In this document: piece after piece, positions 12,394 through 23,495 of the stretch
Numbering within the stretch: position 1 is the stretch's first letter
Layout: each line of letters starts with the position of its first letter
Assembly: GCF_963921235.1 (NCBI RefSeq)
Contig: NC_086097.1
Coordinates: 116,314,001 to 116,378,000 of the forward strand
Direction of reading: 5' to 3'
Source of the DNA: Mobula hypostoma
Taxonomy: Eukaryota
Length of the DNA: 64,000 bases
Notes under the pieces: generated by a model
Databases searched by the model: none
Told to the model about the DNA's origin: nothing
What the model saw: only the letters and a program-made list of their open reading frames with translations
Translations under genes and position numbers: made by a program

Positions 12394-13136
12394 TATGTAG
12401 GCCCAGACTTTACTGAAGAAATCTGTGATTAACTTACATCAGAGACAGGATGATTACATAAGTTGACATTGTAAAGATAGACAAGGCCGTCATAAACACA
12501 GATTAATATTTAATATTGAAACAGATCAAAGGCCTCATGATAATAAAAGTAAACACAGAAAATAAGAACAAGAGATTAAGTAGGTAAAAATATGCGGAGG
12601 ATAATTAAGTTTTAAGCAAAAAGCAAAAAAAATACAGAAACAATGCAAAACATAGAGAGGATAGTAATGGAAAGATAGCAATCTTCTAAATTTTTTGAGT
12701 ATAGTCCAATTTTACATAATCTACCCTTATAATTTATCTTTTTAAATTTAGTATTATTCAAATAGAACTCTCCTCCAAACAACACTGAAAATACTGGAGA
12801 AAGTAAACAGACCAAGAAGGAGAAGGAAGGAAATGGACAGTCAACATTTTGAGTCATCAGGACTGCAAGGGTCTGATAAGGGGTCTCAACTCAAAACATC
12901 TAACAGAGATCTGCTGATGTTCAAGCCACAGTAGACAATAAACAACATTTCCCTGCCAGATGGTTGCCAGGAAGGTATCTGAACTTGGTCAGTCTTTGAG
13001 TGCTGCATTTTGGAAAAACCTACAGGGGCACCAAATATCCGTGGCTGACTTGACTGTTCCTGTGGGTTAGTGAAAAAATAGGTAAAGCCTGATCTTGTGG
13101 AGTAAAAGATTTCATTGACACCACTCCTCCACTCAC

Positions 13137-13411
13137 CTCCTTTGCCCTCAATGCAGCAGTGAGCAGCAAACTGTGAAATTTGCTTATGTTGTGAAATACG
13201 TAAAGCTCCCAATGCTACCAATGTTGACTTTGACTGTGAGGCCAGTGGGGCAACTTGGCGTTTTCTGAACCATAGATTCTGCAGACGTTGTCCTCTAAGA
13301 TGTGTAGGTAAGTAGAAGCCTGAGTGAGTGGGCTTCCTTGTGAGTGAGTAAGTTGTTAGTGCTGAATCCATAAAACCTCCCATGAAATATCTGTGGTAAT
13401 TGAAAGCCATC
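13137..13411 (-). pseudogene. Candidate pseudo-exon downstream of the TM3-like segment
   Basis: Acceptor TTCTTTTTTCTGAGTAGAACAG and donor GGAG/GTGAGT, followed by a 77-nt intron-like stretch ending TTTTTTCACTAACCCACAG. Non-repeat sequence; no recognisable motif in the translation. Confidence 0.35.
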
Positions 13412-13589
13412 CTGTTCTACTCAGAAAAAAGAATATTAGATGTTGTATGTCAGTTTTGATGTCAAAAAAGTGTTTGGAGGTGTGAGGGTGAGTTGTGTTT
13501 CAGTGTGTAGGGTGGTGAGCAGCAGGTTGGGTATGAGACGCTGGTTAAGTGCTATTAACTCTTTAAATAACATTTTCCACCATCCAGAG

Positions 13590-14271
13590 ACCTGACAATT
13601 CTTCCTCATTAGACAGAAATTCACTCGCATTTCTTCCATTTAGTCACTGTATTTAGTGTTTGTAGCACATGTCCCTTCTACATTGGAGAAACCAAATGAA
13701 GACTAGAGTGATTGCTTTATAGAGCACCTACATATATTCTGTCCACAAGAACAACTCTGAGCTCCCTATTATACGCTACATTAAATTGACAGCCCACCCC
13801 CATTCTGATCTGTCTGTCTATGGCCTCTCACAATGTTAGAAACAGGCCCTATGCAGACTTGAAGATGTGAGCCTCTTTTTTTTTGTCTGGGTATAGGGCC
13901 GCTTTCTGGATTCAATAGATAGTTCTTCAACTTATGTAATTCTTTCTTTGTCTGTATCAGAACTGGCTAATCCTGTCATAAATAATCTATCTGTGATACT
14001 TACTCAGTTTTTGTCTTTTCCATTAGTATCGCCCAAATTGCTCAGTATGTCCCAGAGCCCTGCTGTTAAAAAAAATTACCTTCCAATTGCCCTATTAATC
14101 CATTTGACCTGGTCTCACCTATTCAGAGATATTCCCTTTGTCCTATCCATCCGTCCTCCCAGCTTCTCTACAACTTAAAAGTCCCATTTTTATCTCGCAT
14201 TCTGCTTCCAATAAAGAGCCTCAGACTTCAGAGCTTTGCTTCCATTTCAACGCATGCTACCTAACCTACTG
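13590..14271 (+). mobile_element. Old Penelope-like element (GIY-YIG endonuclease C-terminus and 3' region)
   Basis: TTC TAC ATT GGA GAA ACC AAA TGA AGA CTA = FYIGETK*RL near 13676-13705, then HSDLSVYGL, and a pyrimidine-rich 3' region. Confidence 0.7.
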
Positions 14272-14945
14272 AGTCATGGTCATGGAAAGGTAAAAGCCCT
14301 TCTCCCCATCTAGTCCATGCCAAACCATTTAAAATGCCTACTCCCACCTGAACTGTAACCAAAGCCCTCCATACCCCTACTATCAATGTACCTATCTAAA
14401 CTTCTTTTAAGCATTGAAATCGAGCTCGCATGTACCATTTGCACCGGTAGCTCGATCCACATTCTCATAACCCTCTGATTGAGGAAGTATCCCCTCATGT
14501 TCCCCTCAATCTTTTCACCTTCCACTCTTGTTGGGCCTCTGGTTGAAGTCCCATCCAACTTCAGTGCAAAAAGTCTGCTTGCATTTACCCTACCTCTCCC
14601 CTTCATAATATTGTGTACCTCTATCAAATCACCTCTCAATCTTCCATGTTCCATGGAATAAAGTCCTAATCTATTCAATATTTCCTTATAACTCAGGTAC
14701 TCCAGTCCTGGCATCCTCCTTGTAACTTTTTTCTGTACTCTTTCAACCTTATTAACGTTTGTACATTTTTCCTGACCAAAACTGCACACAATACTCCAAA
14801 TCAGGCCTCACCAATGTCTTACATAACTTCAACATAGCATGCCATTTCTTGCACTCAGTACTTTGATTTATGAAGGCCAATGTGCCAAAAGCTTTCTTTA
14901 TGACCCTATCTACCTGTGATGCCACTTTAAAGGAGCTATGCACCT
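14272..14945 (-). mobile_element. CR1 LINE 3' fragment
   Basis: ORFs 14752-14943 (VRPDLEYCVQFW) and 14310-14789 (LNRLGLYSME..LRGDLIEV). Confidence 0.9.
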
Positions 14946-15429
14946 GTGTTCTCAGAGTTGCAGTAATTTCAGATTCTTTCTTAATACCATCTTTTATTTC
15001 CCTTGTATCTCCGTATCACCATCCATTCCATCATCTAGTCTCACCTGTTTCTCATCCTATCCTTGGCCATCCGATTTATGCTTTTCTACCCATGCCCCAA
15101 TCCTACCAACCATCCACCCCCTGACCTACACAGACACACACTTTTCTTGGCACCTTTCCAGTGCTTTCGTTCTCATATATGCAGATTACAAAAGGGTTAA
15201 AAGACAAACTTCAGAATACATGATTTATTAAAATCTGATTCGTCATGAATTTAGGTCATTAAGTTAATTCAATTTATGTATATCATAATTAAGATGATCT
15301 TAATTAATTAGAATGAAAGGGATAGGTTTAAAGATAAATTCTTCTGAATATCATAAAATTTACATATCCCATATTTAAATAATATAGAGAATGTGGGAAG
15401 TAATGCTAATATATTAATAATTTCTAGTT

Positions 15430-17600
15430 CAGATTCAAAATCAAGTTTATTGTCATTGCAACCGTATACATGTATACCGCCAAACAAAACAGCGTTCTTG
15501 CAGGCCAAGGTGCACAAGACAGTATAAGTAACTCACGCACAACATGTAAAGTAGTATTTCCACAAACAAATTAACAAATAATATGGTGCATTTATGTCAC
15601 AAGTTAAAAAGTAAACAGGATAATGCTACTGGTACTTCATATGTGGTGAGACCTCGGTGGTGGCAGGAAGTTCAGTAGATTCTTGGCGTGAGGGAAGATG
15701 TTGTTTCCTAGCCTAATGTACCTTGCATTCCTTGTCCTAATTCTACTGTACCTCATGCCCGATGGTTTGTGTGTGTGTGGGGGGGGGCGGGGTTGGTCAA
15801 AGAGATTGTTGGACGGATGTGTATGCAAGTCTCCAGGTAAATATCTCAGATGGGTAGAAGGGAGACCCCGATGATCCTCTCAGAAGACCTCACAATCCCT
15901 TGTATGGTCTTGCAGTCAGATACCTTGCAGTTCCTGTACCAGATGGTGATGCAGCTGGCCAGGACACTCTCAACAGTGCTCCTGTAAAAATGAGTTATAC
16001 TGAGTGTTGGGGGTGGTCCTTACTTGCCTCAATTTCCTCAGGAAGTGGAGACACTGCTGTGCTTTCTTGACTAAAGAGGTGGTGTTGAGGGACTAGGTGA
16101 GATTGTCCGTTCTGTGCACTCACAGCAACTGGGTGCTCCTAGCTCTCTCTTCAGATGAGGAATGGTCAACCTGCACTTTCCTGAGGTCTACAATCATCTC
16201 TTTAGTCTTGCCCACATTGAGACTTAAGTTGTTCTGCTCGTAACTAAATCTCAGCAAAAGGCTCCACCTTCTCTCTTCATGCTGTCTCGTCATTTTTATT
16301 GATGAGGCCAACCACTGCTGTGTCATCAGTGAACTTGATGATTCAGTTGGAACGGGATATAGCAGTGCAGTCATGTATCGACAACAGGCTGTGCACGCAG
16401 CCTGGAGAGCCATCAGTACTCAGCATGATGTAGCTAGAGATGTTGCTGCCAACACGGACTGACTGTGGCCTTTCTGACAAGATCCAATTACAGAGGGAAA
16501 TGTTGTGACTCAATGAGGGCAGTTCTCCCCCCAGCTTCTGATGGATGATCATATAAAACACCAAACTGAAGTCAATAAACTGCATCTTGGCAAATGAGGC
16601 ACTCTCCAGGAAGTGGGAAGCGCAGAATCAAATATCGCTGTGATGATTGTACGTTCTAGTACCAATTGTTCGGCGACAATAAAGTATAAAGTATAAAGTA
16701 TTTCCCAGGTGGGTCAGGCTGGAGTGGAGAGCATTGGCTATGGTATCATCAGCGGACCAATTTGAGCAATAAGCAAACTGGAAAAGGTCAAATGCAGCAG
16801 GAAGATGGGAATGATTGTGAGCCATCATAAGGCACTCAAAGCACTCCATTGTTGTCAGAGCTCCTTCCTCCGGATGGCAGTCATTAAGGTAGATTACTCC
16901 AACTCTCTTGGGCACCAGGATGCTGGTGGCTGCCTTGAGGCCTGTGAGGACAGTGGACTGCTCCAGAGAGATATCAAAGATGTCTGTGAGAACCTCTGAT
17001 TACTAGGCTGCACAGCCCCTCAGCACCCAGCAAGGTATGTTATCAGCTTTATGTGGGTTGACCCCAGCTATGGTCCTCCTTACATCAGCTGTGGCCGGAT
17101 AGAGTGCCCGCTCCTCGGGGGAGGGCACCCGTTCTCACTGGCACATCATTCTGTGCCTTAAACCCTGTGCAAAAGGCATTTGACCTATCAAGAAGAGAGG
17201 TGTCACTGTCGTTGATGTGCAGGGTGAAATTTTGTCCCTTATGTTCTGAATGCTCTGCAATATGCGCCTCGTGTCTCTGGTGTCACAGATATGTCTGTAT
17301 ATTCTCAATGAATAATGCCATTTTGCCTTCCTGGTGACGTGGAAAAGCACAGCTCTTGCTGACCTGAAAGTCACCTTAACTCCTGATCTGAAGGCAGCAT
17401 CCCAATCTATCAGAAGTGTCCAGATCTCTGTTGTCAACCATGGTTTCTGATTTGCCCTTGCAGAGATGTGTTTAATAACGATAATATCCTCTATGTACTT
17501 CTCTATGCAGCCAGTCACAGATCCCACATATTTATCAATGTTAATGTGATATTCATAGGGGCACAACCCTGAACATGCTTTCTAAACAGTCCTGCAATGC
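15430..17600 (-). mobile_element. Old Rex1/Babar LINE
   Basis: ANQKPWLT, LNDCHP..CFECL, FQFAY, LCNWIL, NNLSLNVGKTKEMIVD and PSGMRY motifs across frames; tail near 15430. Confidence 0.85.
16602..16700 (+). mobile_element. ~100-bp 3' tip of a young Rex1 family inserted into the older Rex1
   Basis: Matches the 3' end of the element at 58312-58410. Tail is (AAAGTAT)n. It splits the host codons LTHLGN/ASFAKM. Confidence 0.8.
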
Positions 17601-18189
17601 TTAGGTTCCTTCTTCTGGCCAGGGTCTGATCTTCCTTTGAACAGATAAGTTGTCAGAGTATTTGAGGTGAGGGTGAGGAGCTACTTTGTAAGTATATGGA
17701 TGTTGGTATAAACCAGTGGTTCCCGAACTTTCTCTTGGCTTCCAGACCACATCCTCAGTGTCTCCCCCTTTTATTCCAACCATTATGTAAAAACTATAAA
17801 GAATTTTGATTTACGAAGCACAGTGAAAGAAAGTAAGAACTGCAAATTGAAAGCCATACAAATAATTTTGCAAAAAAATTCAAATCTATTTAAAGCAACA
17901 AATAAAATTATTTCTTTATTTAATTACAGTAAAACAATTTTCATCAACAATTTTAAAGTATACATTAGTAGTCCAACTTCATTGCTTTTTCACTTTTCTG
18001 GTTCTACCTGGAAATCTGTTGTTCCTCTGCACCTGGGTTCAATCGTTTGTCAGCTCACACCATGCCACTAGAAGGCCACGACGTAAATGGACCCAGCTTC
18101 AACAGCAGCTTGGACATCAGTTAGCTGGAGGCACGGGTGCCTTCTATTCTCAATGCTTGTCTAGAGGCTATGTTCCAAGTTTCCCGAGG

Positions 18190-18887
18190 CTACCTTCTGA
18201 GTTCCACGTTCTGAGCTTCAAGGTTATCCAGGTTTCCTGGTTCTCCCATAGCCCTCCCGGTTTCTGAGGACTATTCCAGGCTTTCAGGGACTATTCTATG
18301 TTCCCAAGTTTGATTCTATCTTCCTGAGTTTTATTCTACGTTTTTGAGTTATTTGCCATGTTCCTGAGATTACCAGCCCTGTCTCAAGAGCATCATGCTT
18401 GTCTCAAGTTTACCAACCCTGCCCCGAGAGCATCGGATTTGTCTTGAATTTACTAGCCCAGTCTCAAGAGCATCAGATCTGTCTCAAATTTACCAGCCCT
18501 GTCTCAAGTTCCCCAAGCTCCCTGGGCCGTCAGGTTCCAGCCTTAGGGAGGAAGGTACTGTCATGAACCCTACTGCCTGTGCGCCTGCATTTGTTCATTT
18601 TTGTCTCATCTAGAGACTTTAAGCCCTTGTGCTTTCTGTATAATCTTGTCATTTATTTTGACTGGCTCAAGTTGTTTGCATACTGTGATTATCTGAAGTG
18701 GACTCCCAATTAGCGTTTACAGTGCGGTCTTTGTGTTTCTAGTGTGATTCGCCTCACAATGTCGCTCAGTTGATCCATCGATGTTCCTTTGGAATTCTTA
18801 TGAAGAAACTCCTGCTTCTGTCTCTATAAGGGAGTCTGTATTTTCTCTTCCCCTGGGTTCTGTCATTTGTTAGTGAACACTGTGACA
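18190..18887 (+). mobile_element. 3' end of an LTR element: repetitive internal region, polypurine tract, LTR 18559-18887
   Basis: AGGGAGGAAGGTAC directly followed by TGTCA...TGACA (329 bp). Confidence 0.65.
18370..18510 (+). repeat. Minisatellite, ~40-bp unit x ~3.5
   Basis: TTACCAGCCCTGTCTCAAGAGCATCA(N)TGTCTCAA repeated head to tail. Confidence 0.85.
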
Positions 18888-18995
18888 TGTGACTCTGCCT
18901 GAAGAAACACAAAGTGGGACAGTAATATCTTGGTAAGGTTGTGGGCCAAAGAAATGCAGTAAAAACCATTCAAAACAGCAGATTCCAAACGTTAC

Positions 18996-19210
18996 CCCAT
19001 TGAACACCATACCCTAATCCACAGAAAATGGTGTCACCGTGTGATTAGAATAGGGGAATCATACTAGCTAACACTGTACTACAGTAGTGAAAGGGAATGT
19101 TATGAGGGCCAGGCCTGGAAATAATACAATTTCTTCTATCCAGATTTTTCATGATATTCTCGCAAGTGTCACATTGCTTTTCAACAACTGTAACACGTTT
19201 CGAGCAAAGT
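18996..19210 (-). pseudogene. Pseudo-exon, PKD1-like TM3 region
   Basis: Acceptor TTAACCCACCGTTCTCTTAG. One frame reads FARNVLQLLKSNVTLARIS*KIWIEEIVLFPGLALITFPFTTVVQC*LV*FPYSNHTVTP, cf. recalled PKD1 LSVDTVAVGLVSSVVVYPVYLAILFLFRMSRSKV. Confidence 0.5.
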
Positions 19211-19859
19211 CTAAGAGAACGGTGGGTTAACAAGAACTGAGCTGTTTACGTGATCATTGTAATTAGTTATTAGGCACTGAGTATCAAGTACATACAACAT
19301 GCAATCAGTTTCTTAAAGAAAGCCTGTAATCCTTCAGCTGCCCCCTTGCTACTAAATGCCCTCCCCCCACTGCCACTCCATCTCTATCACCATCAAAGTT
19401 TGAAAGCGGAATCCATGGAAGAGTTGTCCTGCCACGTTTCACCTTTAGTCTCGCACGGACACCGGCATGCTTCCCATGTTTCTGTTTCCATGTGCACCGC
19501 TTCTGGTGCCTTCTATCCTGGGTAACTACAGCAGGCGACAGCACAGCACACAACGAACTGACACTACACAGCATCTTGTTGGTGAGGTAGACTTACAGTA
19601 CTTGTGTTCTTAATATCCAGCTGCATCTTGGGTTCATAAGAAAGAATTAAAGGGTGAAGAATTAAACCATTAATTGGAACTTGGGTGGCCACAGCAACTA
19701 GTGGTGCTGCCATCTTGGAGAAAAATAAGGTCAATAAACTACAAATAAGTTAGAATTTAAACTAATTGTGCCAGTTAAATAAAATCCAGATCTTAAGTTT
19801 TTGCTCAAAAACTGAAGCTAGTTAATTAATTGACTAACTAGGTACTAGGGGGTGGGGAA

Positions 19860-20110
19860 GGGCTGCGTGGTAGTGTAGCAGTTTGCGTAACAAGATTACA
19901 GTGACAACGGCACAGGTTCATTTCTGCTGTAGCCTGTGCATTCTCCCTGTGACTGCATGGGTTTCCTTGGTGTGCTCAGATTTCCTCACACATTCCAAAG
20001 ACAAACCAGTTAGTAGGCTAATTGGTCACATGGGCATAATTGGATAGTGTGGGCTCATCGGCCAGCAAGGCCTGTTACAGTGCTGTATCTCCAAACAAAA
20101 ATTAAAAAAA
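19860..20110 (+). mobile_element. tRNA-derived V-SINE/HE1-type SINE (related copies ~26275-26570, 32265-32530, 46280-46545, 47880-48160(-), 49365-49680, 52160-52440)
   Basis: tRNA-like head with GGTTCA B-box, then the core TTCTCCCTGTGACTGCATGGGTTTCC..CACATTCCAAAGAC. Confidence 0.75.
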
Positions 20111-20269
20111 ATATATTTACAAACTAGCCACTATTGTATGTTTTGGAAGTCTGTGGACAAGAGCCTAGTTACACTTTTTGGTAGTTATAGCTTTAATGCA
20201 TCTGAATTTCAGTATGTTTTTCATATACCATTTATAAATTTGTAGAAGACACTACTGTTGTTCTTTAAT

Positions 20270-20960
20270 CTCAGATGACAATGAGGAGACATATAGGGGA
20301 GAGACAGATTGGCTGGTTGAGCAACAACCTCGCACTTAGCATCAGCAAGACCAAGGAATTGATCGCGGACTTCAGGAAGGAGAAGTCGGTAGGACACACA
20401 ACAGTCCTCACTGAGAGGTTGGTGGTGGGGAGGGTGACTAGCTTGAAGTTCTTTGATGCCAATGTCTCAAAGGATCTGTCTTTTGCCCAATATATGCATG
20501 CGATCAAGAAGAAGACACACCAATAGCTGTACTTCACTCAGACATTAAGGTATCTCACAAAAGACTCCTGCAAATTTTCAGAGGTGTAACTACATCTTCA
20601 AGAAGCAGTGCCTCAAGAAGGCGGCATTCATCATTAAGATCCATCACCAACCAGGGTATGCCCTTGTCTCATTATTATTGTCAGGGAGGAGGTCCAGGAG
20701 CCTGAAGACCCACACTCAATGACTCAGAAACATGGCCTGCGTTTATGGGTTCAAGGACCATTCAGAAGTCCGATGACTAAGGAGCTATCAGATTTCTGAA
20801 TGGTCCATGAACTCTCGAACAATACTGTGTTGATGTTTTAATGTACTGTTTATCTATTTTGTAATTTATAGTAACTTTACGCTTCTGCACTGTGCTGCTG
20901 TCACAAAACAACAAATTTCACATCATATAAAACAGTGATAATAAACCTGATTCAGATTTA
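20270..20960 (+). mobile_element. Rex1/Babar 3' fragment
   Basis: NNLALSISKTKELIADFRK; TCAGGGAGGAGG (SGRR); AATAAACCTGATTCAGATT tail. Confidence 0.8.
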
Positions 20961-22339
20961 TGTCAAAATATAAGTTGAATGTATAAATCTTTGAAAATAA
21001 GTGTGGAAGACTGGAGTAACTGAATGATAGATGGTACAGATATTTCAAAAGAAGTCTATTAGATTAATAAGGCTATTCAATGTGAATAAAATACTGAGAT
21101 TCCTCTTGAACTGATAGAATCTGAATAAAACTCTTTGGAACTGCAATTAGATTACACTTGGTGCATTTAAGGTACAAAAGAATTAGCATAATATCAGAAC
21201 TAAAGGATTATACCTACCTGGAAGGATTGAAAAGGGTGAGACCTTATTTCCAGAAAAATTGAAAGATGACATGACAGTGCTCTTTAAGATTATCAGACAG
21301 AGAAGACATTTCCATTGAGAGCAAAAATGTGTCTTGTCAGTTTGATATTCTACAAAGAATTCACGTTACACAGCTTTACCCAGGGAGTAATAATGATTAC
21401 TCACTGGCACAAGAACTAAAGGTTGAGAAAATCGGTATAGATGCATTTTCAGATCATTCAAATGGTTCTATTTTAATATCAGAGAATGTATACAGTATGC
21501 AACCTGAAATTCTTACTCTTCAGAGACATCTATGAAAACAGAGAGAACCCAAAGCAGTGAATGACAGAAAAACATTAGAGTCTCAAAGCCCCCTCTCCCC
21601 CCTCCCACGCACAAGCAGCAGCAAAGCATCAACCTCCCCCGACCCCACACCCATTCAGCAGAAAATGTCAGTGCCCACCACCCACAAAGCAGGCACTAGC
21701 AAAGCCCCCAAAGAGAGACCAAGTTCAGCATTCAACAAAAACTATAATTTAACAAACCGTTTGACACACCACAGGCTCTCTCTCTCTCACTAACAAGGGA
21801 GAGAAACGTATCATGCATTTCACAGCAACAGGGGAGAGTAAGGAACAGTAAGGGAATCACTAACTATCGATGGGGAGGAAGCAATAGAAGAATCCATTAA
21901 TGCGGTCAGATGAAGAAGGATGGGAGTCTGGAATTCTGAAGAAAACCTGGCATGAACTACTGATTTGAAAGGACAGTCACAGTGCTGAAAGTACATGATG
22001 GTGAAACACTGCTTAGTAGAACTTACCATTGACTTCCACACTCGCACACAGAAGTGTGTGAAAAAGAAGCCCAGTATTGAAGCTGAAGTAATACTTTTTA
22101 CATTCTGTTTTTCAACACCATTATGTTGCTCTACTCTAGTAAGTGTACTTATTACTATGTATACTGTTTAGACTGAAAGTTTCATCATGCGAGCTAAGAG
22201 TTTATTTGCACCCTAGTTTAAATGACAATGAACTAACCTGAATCTGAATCTGACTCTAATATTGGTCAGCAGTTTGTGCCCAGTACTTCGGCAGTGCATT
22301 GAATGGGATCATCTAGCCTCAGTAAAATGGCTGAGTAAT

Positions 22340-23400
22340 GTACTATTACAAAAAAACACGACAATGCCTCTATTTTCTTAGAGGTTTATGTAGGTTTGGC
22401 ACATCACCTAAAACTTTGACAAACTTCTGTAGATGCACAGAAGAGATTATCATAACTGGTTGCATCATGGCTTAGCATGGAAACACCAATGGCCAGGAGT
22501 GGAAACGTCTACACGTAATGGTGTATACAGCCCAGACCATCACAGGAAAAACCCTCCTCTGTCATTGAGCACACTTACATGGAGTGCTGCCACAAGAAAG
22601 CAGCATCCATTATCAAACCCCCCCACCATCTACATGATGTTTTCTTCTTGCCACTACACTGGGGAGGAGGTTCCACTTCACCAGCATCAGGAACACTTAT
22701 TATCCTATAACCAAAAGACTCCTGCACAAACGGGAGTAACTTCACTCAACTCAACTCTGAACTGATTCCACAAACTACAGACTAACATTCAAACACTCTC
22801 CAACTCATGTTCTCAGTATTATTTATATTTTATTTGTACTACTTGTTTTCGTTTGCACATTGGTTGCTTGTCAATCTTTGTATTTATCTTTTTCATAAAT
22901 GTTATTCTATTTCTTTATTGTCTTGTAAATACCTGCAAGAAAATGAATCTCAATGAACGATCTAAGATTTGGCCGATTTAAGCGCTGGGCCAGACCGAAA
23001 AGGTCAAGGTTTCGGGGCCAGAAGTGAGGCACAGACCAGTGTTCAGCTCACTGCTCCATTGGGTTTACTCATTTCTGCGCTGAAGCTAGTTGTGCCTTGA
23101 AATTAACTGGCTCCTGGATCGGCTGTGACTGGATTCATGGCTGTGGACTCACTTTTGTGAACTCCAGTTTTTAATATTATTTGTTTACTATTTTTGTTTG
23201 CGTGATTTGCTTTTTTTCTGCACACTGGGTGTTTGACGGTCTTTTATTTTTAAAGTATTCTATTGGGTTTCTTTGTTTCGTGACTGCCTGTAAGAAGAAG
23301 AATCTCACGGTTGTATATAGTGTACATACTTTGATAATAAACGTACTTTGAACTTTATATGGTAACAATATACGTACTTTGATAACAAAATTACTTTGAG
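22340..23400 (+). mobile_element. Rex1-like 3' fragment followed by a non-autonomous element with (ACTTTGA)n-type tail
   Basis: Rex-like LYFLRG..TNFCRC codons at 22365-22440. The 3' end GCCTGTAAGAAGAAGAATCTC..TACTTTGATAATAAACGTACTTTGAA recurs near 31800, 37230, 42260, 42690 and 57510. Confidence 0.65.
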
Positions 23401-23495
23401 TGCAGGGGAGTACCATTTATTTTTCTTTAATTCTTACTTTTACTTCATGTTAATGTTTAAGATTAATTTCGGGTATATAATTTTTTAAAGTTACT

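Noticed and set aside
18370..18510. Regular ~40-bp repeats resembling a CRISPR array
   Set aside because: The units are head-to-tail and similar throughout with no unique spacers, there are no cas genes, and the context is a eukaryotic LTR element.
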